Below are positions 8,888-16,389 of a stretch of DNA of 32,000 nucleotides, in pieces. Numbering within the stretch: position 1 is the first letter of the stretch; each line of letters opens with the position of its first letter. A model generated the notes under the pieces. The model was not told the DNA's origin and ran no database searches. It was given only the letters and a program-made list of their open reading frames with translations. A program made the position numbers and the translations under genes. The DNA lies in assembly GCF_000803625.1 (NCBI RefSeq), contig NZ_CP007496.1:210001-242000 (forward strand). Reading direction: 5' to 3'. Origin of the DNA: Candidatus Nanosynbacter lyticus (GTDB lineage Bacteria; Patescibacteriota; Saccharimonadia; Saccharimonadales; Saccharimonadaceae).

Positions 8888-8917
8888 CTTTTCCACAAAA
8901 GTGTGGAAAAGTTTTTA
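8888..8917 (+). terminator. Rho-independent terminator
   Basis: Perfect 10-bp stem CTTTTCCACA / TGTGGAAAAG with an AAAG loop, followed by TTTTT. Confidence 0.75.
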
Positions 8918-8954
8918 TTTGACGCAAAAATGGGTAAAAAGTCATAAAAAGGGC

Positions 8955-9000
8955 TTGCAAGTGGGTAGTTGTGGGTAGTATAGTGGAGTCAGTGGAACGA
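8955..9000 (+). promoter_or_regulatory. Putative Pmra promoter overlapping MraZ-box-like direct repeats
   Basis: TTGCAA (8955-8960), 18-nt spacer, TATAGT (8979-8984). Direct repeats GTGGG (8961), GTGGG (8971), GTGGA (8983) and GTGGA (8992) are spaced 10, 12 and 9 nt apart. Confidence 0.5.
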
Positions 9001-9076
9001 GAGTTGATGGCAATCACCAACGAAAAACAAACATCCACTATAAAAAACAACTAATCTACCACGGAGGAAGGACGAC

Positions 9077-9445
9077 GTGCAGACAGATTACTTTGAGCGA
9101 AAGTTGGATGACAAGCGTCGATTGACGATTCCAGCCGAACTCAGAGCAGAGTTTGCATCAGGCGTCGTACTAACTCGCGGGTTTGGCAAATATCTTCACT
9201 TATACCCACAGCAAATTTGGGATCGGGAAGTGGAGAGCGCTTTAACTGGAAGTATCCTGGACGAACGCGTGGCTGACCTAAACGTTAAATTCCGCCGTGG
9301 CAAAACCGCATCAGCACTCGACCAAAAACAAGGACGAGTGACGATTGAGCAGCATTTGCTCGACTACGCTGGAATTGACAGAGAAGTCGTTGCTGTGCGA
9401 GCAGGGGAATACTTTCGGCTAATAGCGGCTGAAAATGCGGAATAG
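9077..9445 (+). CDS. mraZ: transcriptional regulator MraZ
   Basis: Two SpoVT/AbrB-like halves, LDDKRRLTIPAELR and LDQKQGRVTIEQHLLDYAGI. GTG start 5 nt after GGAGGAAGG (9063-9071). It is the first gene of the dcw cluster. Confidence 0.9.
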   Translation: MQTDYFERKLDDKRRLTIPAELRAEFASGVVLTRGFGKYLHLYPQQIWDREVESALTGSILDERVADLNVKFRRGKTASALDQKQGRVTIEQHLLDYAGIDREVVAVRAGEYFRLIAAENAE

Positions 9446-9478
9446 TAGATTAGCTAAGCACTTTAACAATTAAAACCT

Positions 9479-9713
9479 CTCGAGATCAACTATCTGGGTA
9501 TTTTAAAATGGCGTGTGGCAATTTGCTCCACATTAAAAACGGCAACGCACATTCCTTAAAACACCTCCCAAAAAACTCCACCTCACACATAAGTCTCTTT
9601 GGAAAACATGGTTGTTACTGACAATCAATAACTTTCCACTCTAAGACAACAAAAACAAACAGAACACAAATATAAAAAAGCCAGAATTAAATATCCAGTT
9701 AGGTGATCTCGAG
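9479..9713. repeat. 235-bp CA-rich non-coding element bounded by 19-bp imperfect inverted repeats
   Basis: CTCGAGATCAACTATCTGG (9479-9497) versus CCAGTTAGGTGATCTCGAG (9695-9713): 17 of 19 positions complementary. The interior is G-poor on the + strand and has no ORF. Confidence 0.5.
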
Positions 9714-9724
9714 CATTATTTCTG

Positions 9725-9730
9725 TATAAT
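9725..9730 (+). promoter_or_regulatory. -10 box (TATAAT), leaderless to ATG 9737
   Basis: TATAAT ends 6 nt before the rsmH ATG. No SD. Confidence 0.5.
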
Positions 9731-9736
9731 GGAATA

Positions 9737-10657
9737 ATGATGAGTATTAAAGAACATCCACCACAGTCGGAAGAGCCTCAGACGGGCGAACCGATTCATG
9801 TTCCCGTACTTTTAGAGATAACCCTTAGCAAGCTGCGGCCAGTCGAAGGCGAGTCGTATCTCGACTTGACGGCTGGCTATGGCGGTCATGCCAGGGCATT
9901 CTTAGAAAGAACGGATAATTACTTGGACTCAGTGTTGGTCGATCGTGATGAAAACGCGATTAAAACATTGGGCGATTTGGCTGAAAAAGGCGTAACTTTA
10001 ATTCACAAAGATTTTGTGAGCGCAGCGCAAGATTTGGTCAAGCAGGGACGTAAGTTTGACGTGATTTTGGCTGATTTGGGGGTGTCGTCACCGCAGCTTG
10101 ACAGAGCAGAGAGAGGTTTTTCGTTTCGGTTTGACGGACAGCTGGATATGCGGATGGATAATCGGACGGAAATTACAGCGGCAGATATTGTCAATTCGTA
10201 TTCGGTTGACGAGCTGACGCGGCTGGTTACTCGTTACGGCGAGGAGAACTTGGGGCGGGCCAGGCGAATTGCACAGGCAATTGTTGGCGCCAGACCGATT
10301 CAGGGGACGACCGAACTGGCTGATCTGATCAAGCAAACCGTTGGTCGCGGTAGCATGAAACATCATCCTGCGACTCGTACTTTTCAGGCATTGCGCATTG
10401 AGGTCAATCACGAACTTCGGCTAATTGAGGAATTATTGCCACTTTTGCCACGTTTACTTAATAAGGGTGGGCGAGTAGGAATAATTAGCTTTCATAGCTT
10501 GGAGGATCGATTGATTAAGCGCTACTTTTCGGAGCAGGCGACGGCTGGATATGAAGCTGAGCTAATTGTCCGAGAGAAAAAACCAGTGTCTGGAACTGAA
10601 GATGTTCACAATCCGCGTAGTCGAAGTGCAAAATTTCGCTACGCCGTGAAAAAATAA
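9737..10657 (+). CDS. rsmH: 16S rRNA (cytosine1402-N4)-methyltransferase RsmH
   Basis: HVPVLL, DLTAGYGGHA, ADLGVSSPQLD..RGFSFRFDGQLDMRM, ISFHSLEDRLIK. Located directly after mraZ. Confidence 0.92.
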   Translation: MMSIKEHPPQSEEPQTGEPIHVPVLLEITLSKLRPVEGESYLDLTAGYGGHARAFLERTDNYLDSVLVDRDENAIKTLGDLAEKGVTLIHKDFVSAAQDLVKQGRKFDVILADLGVSSPQLDRAERGFSFRFDGQLDMRMDNRTEITAADIVNSYSVDELTRLVTRYGEENLGRARRIAQAIVGARPIQGTTELADLIKQTVGRGSMKHHPATRTFQALRIEVNHELRLIEELLPLLPRLLNKGGRVGIISFHSLEDRLIKRYFSEQATAGYEAELIVREKKPVSGTEDVHNPRSRSAKFRYAVKK

Positions 10658-10677
10658 AATAAAAAGAAGGAGGCAAT

Positions 10678-10749
10678 ATGCCAATCCACATCAAAGTAGA
10701 ATTCCAGAATACAGACAAGGCAGAGACTGTTTCAGTACGCCGCGGCTAA
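10678..10749 (+). CDS. candidate small ORF (23 aa, MPIHIKVEFQNTDKAETVSVRRG)
   Basis: AAGGAGG (10667-10673) lies 4 nt before the ATG and is the strongest SD in the window. There is no homology evidence and the ORF is short. Confidence 0.25.
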   Translation: MPIHIKVEFQNTDKAETVSVRRG

Positions 10750-10855
10750 ACTAAAGCGTATTCCGGAATATACCTTAGAAAACCAGCCTGTCTGTAGCGG
10801 GCGGGCTGGTTTGTTATGCCAATATAAACAGATAAAAATAAAAAGATAGAGACAA

Positions 10856-11197
10856 ATGACAAACACCACCACATTTACTTCACGACGCTCACACGGTCAA
10901 ATGCGCCGCAATCAGAATTCGACACGTTTTCAGTCTCAGGTCAAACTTGGTCCTGTCGCTCATACAGTGCTAGCGGCATTGATGATTACAGTACTGGGCT
11001 TGATTTATTTAACCCAGGCAACACGATTAACAGCCTATGGTTATGAAGCTCAAAATTTAGATTCAAAGATTACTGAACTTAGCGCAAAAAAGTCAGAACT
11101 GGAAGTCCAGAATGCGCGTTTGACGGCGTTAGAAAAGGTGAAGAATAGCAATATTGCTTCAGCCATGACTACAACCGAAACGCGTTATACTCAATAA
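10856..11197 (+). CDS. ftsL: FtsL/DivIC-like cell-division protein
   Basis: Single TM segment (VAHTVLAALMITVLGLIYL) followed by a coiled-coil-like segment (KITELSAKKSELEVQNARLTALEKV). Sits in the canonical position between rsmH and ftsI. Confidence 0.65.
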   Translation: MTNTTTFTSRRSHGQMRRNQNSTRFQSQVKLGPVAHTVLAALMITVLGLIYLTQATRLTAYGYEAQNLDSKITELSAKKSELEVQNARLTALEKVKNSNIASAMTTTETRYTQ

Positions 11198-11198
11198 G

Positions 11199-11207
11199 TG
11201 ATATAAT
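11199..11207 (+). promoter_or_regulatory. Extended -10 (TGaTATAAT) 12 nt before the ftsI ATG
   Basis: TGATATAAT is followed by a short A-rich leader with no SD. Confidence 0.45.
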
Positions 11208-11219
11208 AAAATAAGCAGT

Positions 11220-12968
11220 ATGCAGCGGCTTATTATTCGTTCAAGAACTAGTTATTTGGCCATCGTTTTACTCGTAGCGATGGCGGCTTTTGTGTTGCGA
11301 TTATTCCAATTGCAGATTCTACAATATGGCAAATACACAGAGCTAGCTCGTGCTAGTCAGCAGCGTCAGTTTGTTATTCCTGCAGAGCGTGGGAAAATTT
11401 ATATGATGGACGGAAAAACTCCAGTGCCAGTAGTTCTAAACCAAGCGACTTACACGGTGATTGCGGATCCTCAGGCGGTTGATAATAAAGAGCGGAATCA
11501 GATTATTACGAGCCTGAGGGAGATTGCTGGCGGGGAGATGACTGATGGGGCGGCTGAGCGTTTGGCTAATAAAAAATCGCGATATGAGGTTTTGGCAAAA
11601 AATATCACCAGAACTCAGGCGGAAAAATTAAAAGAGAAAAATTTTGCTGGGGTGCTATATCAGCAGGGTTCCGTCAGGAGCTATCCTGAGGGTGGACTAG
11701 GTGCGCATGTTTTAGGTTTTGTGAATGCAGCGGGCGAAGGTCAATATGGCGTGGAAGGCTCGCTTAACAACCGACTTAAGGGACAAGATGGTCTATTGCA
11801 GTCTGTGACTGACGTAAGAAATGTGCCGCTCACTGTTGGAAAAAATAATATGAGAATTGAGGCAAAGTCTGGCGATAATTTAGCGTTGACGGTTGATCGA
11901 AATGTTCAAAGTCAGGTGGAGTTGACACTTAAAAAGGGGATTGAAGCTGCAAATGCCACTGAAGGTAGTGCGGTTATTATGAATCCCAAAAATGGTCAAA
12001 TATTAGCATTGGCTAACTACCCAACATATAATCCAGCGGAGTTTAATAAGCAAAAGAATGCGGCGGTGTTTATGAATAGTGCTTCAATGGTGCCATTTGA
12101 GCCGGGTTCAATTATCAAGTCATTTAGCTTTGCTACAGCTATAGATGAAGGGGCTGTTACTCCGTCTAGTACATATAATAACACAGACTGTATTAAGGTT
12201 GCCGATCGGACTATGTGTAATGCTTTAAGGGGTCTAAGCGGCACTACTACGATTCAAGGAGCGTTTAATAATTCTCTTAACGTTGGTACGATTACGGCAA
12301 TACGTAGGCTGGGTAATGGTTCGCAGATTAATCTTGCTGCTCGTCAGGTTTTATATGAATATTATCATGATAAATTTGGGTTCGGTCAGAAGACAGGAAT
12401 TGAGCTGGGTGAGGCGTCAGGGTATATTTATCCGCCAGATAGCGTTGAAGGTAACGAAGTGCGCTATTCAGCAATGACTTACGGTCAGAGTATGAATCTG
12501 ACGATGGTGCAAGTGGCGGCTGGATTTTCGTCGCTGGTAAATGGCGGTCAGTATTATAAGCCAACTGTCCTTAGAGGGGTAATTGATGGCTATGGTAATC
12601 TAAAATCGTCAGAAAGTAAGTCAATTCGTCAGACGGTAAGCGGTAATACCTCATCGCAAATGAGGACGATGTTAGCGACTGCTCGCCAATCTTCTTTCTT
12701 GTCAAAAAGTGACAAGCCTGGCTATGAGATTGGTGGAAAAACTGGTACGTCCGAGGCGGTGGTTAACGGTTCTTACACTCAGAAGGAAACGATTGCTACT
12801 TATATTGGTTATGGCGGTGGTAAAAATGGTGCCGAATATGTCATAATGGTACGTGTAGCAGCGCCAGGTAAGAGGATTAATCTACAAGGAAATTTCCACG
12901 CCGGGCCAATTTTTACGGATATATCCAATTGGATGATTGATTATATGAAAATAGCACCAAAGGAATAG
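11220..12968 (+). CDS. ftsI: class B penicillin-binding protein (FtsI/PBP2-type transpeptidase)
   Basis: N-terminal TM segment, then SxxK (GSIIKSF), SxN (NNSLNVG) and KTG (GGKTGTS) motifs. dcw context. Confidence 0.85.
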   Translation: MQRLIIRSRTSYLAIVLLVAMAAFVLRLFQLQILQYGKYTELARASQQRQFVIPAERGKIYMMDGKTPVPVVLNQATYTVIADPQAVDNKERNQIITSLREIAGGEMTDGAAERLANKKSRYEVLAKNITRTQAEKLKEKNFAGVLYQQGSVRSYPEGGLGAHVLGFVNAAGEGQYGVEGSLNNRLKGQDGLLQSVTDVRNVPLTVGKNNMRIEAKSGDNLALTVDRNVQSQVELTLKKGIEAANATEGSAVIMNPKNGQILALANYPTYNPAEFNKQKNAAVFMNSASMVPFEPGSIIKSFSFATAIDEGAVTPSSTYNNTDCIKVADRTMCNALRGLSGTTTIQGAFNNSLNVGTITAIRRLGNGSQINLAARQVLYEYYHDKFGFGQKTGIELGEASGYIYPPDSVEGNEVRYSAMTYGQSMNLTMVQVAAGFSSLVNGGQYYKPTVLRGVIDGYGNLKSSESKSIRQTVSGNTSSQMRTMLATARQSSFLSKSDKPGYEIGGKTGTSEAVVNGSYTQKETIATYIGYGGGKNGAEYVIMVRVAAPGKRINLQGNFHAGPIFTDISNWMIDYMKIAPKE

Positions 12969-12970
12969 AT

Positions 12971-14008
12971 ATGGGAGTAGCCTTACAGACAGTCACTAAT
13001 GAATTAACTCATGTGTTTTTACTGAGCGTTGGGGCGTTTTTACTGGCGATGTTTTTGACGCCAGTTTATACGTTTTTTGCTTATAGGTATCGATTCTGGA
13101 AGAAGCAGAGATCAGAGAGCACTGACGGCAAAAAATTAAAGGTTTTTGCTAAGTTTCAAGCGGCAAAACTACGGCGAAATATTCCAACAATGGCGGGTGT
13201 GATTGGTGTGATTTCTATTTTTATTGTGACGTTTTTATTTAACTTGGACCGAGCTCAGACATGGCTACCATTGGCGGCGCTGGTCGGTGGTGGGGCGGTT
13301 GGGCTGATTGACGACGTTATTAATCTACGTGGGCTAGGCGGCGGGGCGGCGGGTTTACGTAGTCCGGTAAAGTTTGCGCTAATCACCCTTATCGGCGTGG
13401 TTCTTGGCTGGTTCTTCTTCGCTAAATTAGGCGTGATGAGTTTTCATGTGCCGTTTATGGGTGATGTAAATATTGGCTGGTTGATTATTCCGCTGTTTGC
13501 ATTTGCGGTAGTGGCGACCGGTAATGCGGTGAATATTTCTGACGGCATGGATGGACTGGCTGGCGGTCTGCTGGGTACTAGCTTTGGTGCTTTTGGGGTG
13601 ATTGCTTTGTTGCAGCAACAGGTACTGTTGGCAGGGTTCTGTTTTACGGTAGTTGGCGTACTTCTTAGCTATTTGTGGTTTAATATTTATCCAGCGCGGT
13701 TTTTCATGGGCGATGTTGGTAGTTTCGCCTATGGAGTGAGTTTGGGGGTAGTGGCTATGCTGACGGATTCGCTACTATTATTGCCTGTAATTGGATTGTT
13801 ATTTGTAGTAGAGGCAGGCTCGAGTCTGATGCAAATTGCTAGTAAAAAGATTTTTAAGCGAAAAATTTTCTTATCTGCACCAATTCATCATCACCTGGAA
13901 GCAATTGGCTGGCCGGAAACTAAAGTAACGATGCGGTTTTGGGTGATTGGCTGCGTGATGGCATTTGTGGGGGTCATGCTGGCACTAGCAGGGGGGCACA
14001 TTGCGTAA
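12971..14008 (+). CDS. mraY: phospho-N-acetylmuramoyl-pentapeptide transferase MraY
   Basis: NAVNISDGMDGLAGG, FMGDVGSFAYG, APIHHHLE. Polytopic membrane protein. AAGGAA SD upstream. Confidence 0.93.
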   Translation: MGVALQTVTNELTHVFLLSVGAFLLAMFLTPVYTFFAYRYRFWKKQRSESTDGKKLKVFAKFQAAKLRRNIPTMAGVIGVISIFIVTFLFNLDRAQTWLPLAALVGGGAVGLIDDVINLRGLGGGAAGLRSPVKFALITLIGVVLGWFFFAKLGVMSFHVPFMGDVNIGWLIIPLFAFAVVATGNAVNISDGMDGLAGGLLGTSFGAFGVIALLQQQVLLAGFCFTVVGVLLSYLWFNIYPARFFMGDVGSFAYGVSLGVVAMLTDSLLLLPVIGLLFVVEAGSSLMQIASKKIFKRKIFLSAPIHHHLEAIGWPETKVTMRFWVIGCVMAFVGVMLALAGGHIA

Positions 14009-15293
14009 TTCAGTCGCTGGGAAACACCAGACTTCCACGCAATCGGTTCGCAGTCACCGACCGATGTACCAGATTGTGCTGTATATGGGTCTTTTATTGC
14101 TGCTCGGACTAATCGTTATGTATGCACTGGGGCCACAACGCGCCAATGTGATGAATTACGCTTATGGCACGAATTATAGTGATACTTATTTTTTTGGTAA
14201 GCAGTTAACTAGTGTTGCTATAGCTGTTGTGGCGTTTTCGGTATTTTATTTTGTACCGTATAAGTGGTTTACGGGCGAGCGTTCAAAATATGTTCTTTGG
14301 GCGGGATTCCTATCGTGCGTCTTGTTGTTTTTGCTGGGCTCGCTACTGCATTTGTCATTGGCCAAAGAAACTAACGGCGCGTATAGATGGTTTTATTTGG
14401 GTGGACTAGGTAGTTTTCAGCCGTCAGAATTGTTAAAGTATGGCGTTTTATTATTCTTGGCGGGCTTTTTGGGGCGGCGTGCTTCTCAGGGGAAAATAAA
14501 TGATGTTCATGAAACACTCGTTCCGGTTGGGGTTATTTCTGCACTTTCGCTGCTGATGATTGTAGTTTTACAGAAAGACTTAGGTACTGGCGTGTCTTTG
14601 ATAGCCATAGTGTTATCAATGATAATAGTGTCTGGTGTGGATTGGAAAATAATTGGTAAGATTTTAGGAGTGGTGGCATTTTGTGGGTTAGTATTGATAT
14701 TTACCTCACCGCACCGAATTGAGCGGGTTATGACATTTATTCAGGGTGATAGTCATAAAACCGCAAGTGGTCAAGAGGACAAAAATTATCACATCCAGCA
14801 GGCTAGAATTGCAATTGGTTCGGGAGGTATTCTGGGGCTTGGTATTGGCAAAAGTGTTCAGGCGACCGGATATCTTCCAGAAGCGATTAATGACTCAATC
14901 TTCGCTGTTATGGGAGAGACATTTGGCTTTGTTGGTCTGATGGCTATATTGGCGTTATTTACTGCGCTGCTATTATCGATTTTACACGTAGCGGCGCGAC
15001 TGCCAGACACAACGCTGCGGTTGATTGTGGCTGGGATCTTTGGCTGGATTGCTTCACATGTAGTTTTAAATATTGCTGCAATGACAGGACTAATGCCGCT
15101 GACAGGAATTCCTTTGCCATTATTAAGTTATGGTGGTACAAGCATGCTGTTTATCGCTGCGGCACTCGGTTTAGTTTTTCAAATTTCCAAATATACGTCA
15201 CATAAAGTATTAGAGGAGGGTGAAGGTGGTCAAGATCTTAGCGGTCGGCGGCGGCTCAGGCGGACACGTTACGCCGGTGGTAGCCGTATTTAG
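14001..15293 (+). CDS. ftsW: SEDS-family peptidoglycan glycosyltransferase FtsW/RodA
   Basis: Polytopic membrane protein with SEDS motifs (DLGTG, PEAINDSIFAVMGETFGFVG, PLPLLSYGGTSM). TTG start behind AGGGGGG, overlapping the mraY stop by 8 nt. The start is uncertain; the alternative is ATG 14064. Confidence 0.85.
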   Translation: MRNSVAGKHQTSTQSVRSHRPMYQIVLYMGLLLLLGLIVMYALGPQRANVMNYAYGTNYSDTYFFGKQLTSVAIAVVAFSVFYFVPYKWFTGERSKYVLWAGFLSCVLLFLLGSLLHLSLAKETNGAYRWFYLGGLGSFQPSELLKYGVLLFLAGFLGRRASQGKINDVHETLVPVGVISALSLLMIVVLQKDLGTGVSLIAIVLSMIIVSGVDWKIIGKILGVVAFCGLVLIFTSPHRIERVMTFIQGDSHKTASGQEDKNYHIQQARIAIGSGGILGLGIGKSVQATGYLPEAINDSIFAVMGETFGFVGLMAILALFTALLLSILHVAARLPDTTLRLIVAGIFGWIASHVVLNIAAMTGLMPLTGIPLPLLSYGGTSMLFIAAALGLVFQISKYTSHKVLEEGEGGQDLSGRRRLRRTRYAGGSRI

Positions 15294-16389
15294 GGAATTA
15301 CAAAAGACTGGTGATCACGAGCTTCGTTTTTGGTGCGATAAAAAGTTTGGCACCAGCGCACGTGGGATTTTTGCTAAATTTGACGAAACTATTCCAGTTG
15401 AGCTGATTACTGCTGGGAAACTGCGGCGATATCATGGTAAGAGTCTGTCGTTCCATTTACACCCATCAATATTACTACCAAATCTTCGTGACGGCTTTAA
15501 GGTAGTTGTCGGATTTTTCCAAAGCTTATTTAAGCTAATAGCCTGGCGGCCGGATGTTATTTTCATAAAAGGTGGTTACGTTTGCTTGCCTGTAGGTTAT
15601 GCTGCGAGATTATTGCGAATCCCGTTAGTCCTTCATGACTCTGATGCTCATCCGGGGTTAACTAATCGCCTGCTTAGTCCATTTGCAAAAGCTATTGGTA
15701 CTGGTGCACCCCTCGAATATTATAATTATCCTCCTGAAAAAGCGTCGTATGTTGGTATACCAGTGGCGCCAGAATTTCGTCCTTATTCTGAGGCCGAGCG
15801 GCAAAAATTGAAGGCGAAATTAGGCTTTGATTCCAATAAGCCACTGGTTGTCGTCACCGGTGGTGGGCTAGGTGCTAGGCGTATTAATTCTGCAATTTTA
15901 GCAATCAGGGAAGATCTCTTAGCTGAGGCTTCGGTGTTTTTAATATCTGGAAACCTGCAGTACGAAGAAATACTTAAGCAGGCTGGTGAGCGCAGTGGAT
16001 GGCGACTTCAAGCCTTTGTCCATAATGGTATGGCTGAAGTTTTGGCGGCAGCAGATATAGTTGTAACTAGGGCGGGGGCGACCACTCTTCTGGAGCTGGC
16101 CGCGCTTCATAAACCTACTGTGATTATCCCTAACGGCCGTCTGACAGGTGGTCATCAGCTAAAGAATGCCAAGGTGTATCAGGACGCATTGGCTGCTTTG
16201 ATAGTTTCAGAGGACGAACTAGATAAGGATGATCAAATTTTGGCACGTAAGATTATTGGTGTATTGAAATCGCAGAAGATTCTTAAGGGTTTAGGCGATA
16301 ATTTTGGCAAGTTTGCCAAGCCTGATGCGGCCAAAGATATGGTGAAGATTATTCTGACTACTATACGAAGACAGGGTAGGCGAAGGTGA
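15226..16389 (+). CDS. murG: UDP-N-acetylglucosamine--lipid I GlcNAc transferase MurG
   Basis: G-loop GGGSGGHVTPVVAV and C-terminal TRAGATTLLELAALHKP. GTG 15226 lies 6 nt after GAGGAGG, whereas the ORF-track GTG 15220 abuts the SD. The gene overlaps the ftsW 3' end by about 70 nt. Confidence 0.9.
   Translation: MVKILAVGGGSGGHVTPVVAVFRELQKTGDHELRFWCDKKFGTSARGIFAKFDETIPVELITAGKLRRYHGKSLSFHLHPSILLPNLRDGFKVVVGFFQSLFKLIAWRPDVIFIKGGYVCLPVGYAARLLRIPLVLHDSDAHPGLTNRLLSPFAKAIGTGAPLEYYNYPPEKASYVGIPVAPEFRPYSEAERQKLKAKLGFDSNKPLVVVTGGGLGARRINSAILAIREDLLAEASVFLISGNLQYEEILKQAGERSGWRLQAFVHNGMAEVLAAADIVVTRAGATTLLELAALHKPTVIIPNGRLTGGHQLKNAKVYQDALAALIVSEDELDKDDQILARKIIGVLKSQKILKGLGDNFGKFAKPDAAKDMVKIILTTIRRQGRRR

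Noticed and set aside
8888-8911. The two arms of the hairpin are TTTTCCACA and TGTGGAAAA, one-mismatch DnaA-box variants in inverted orientation, which raised the possibility of an origin or a DnaA-regulated site.
   Set aside because: There are only two boxes, forming a perfect hairpin followed by a T-run immediately after a long gene. No dnaA or dnaN gene and no AT-rich unwinding element lie adjacent. A Rho-independent terminator is the simpler reading.
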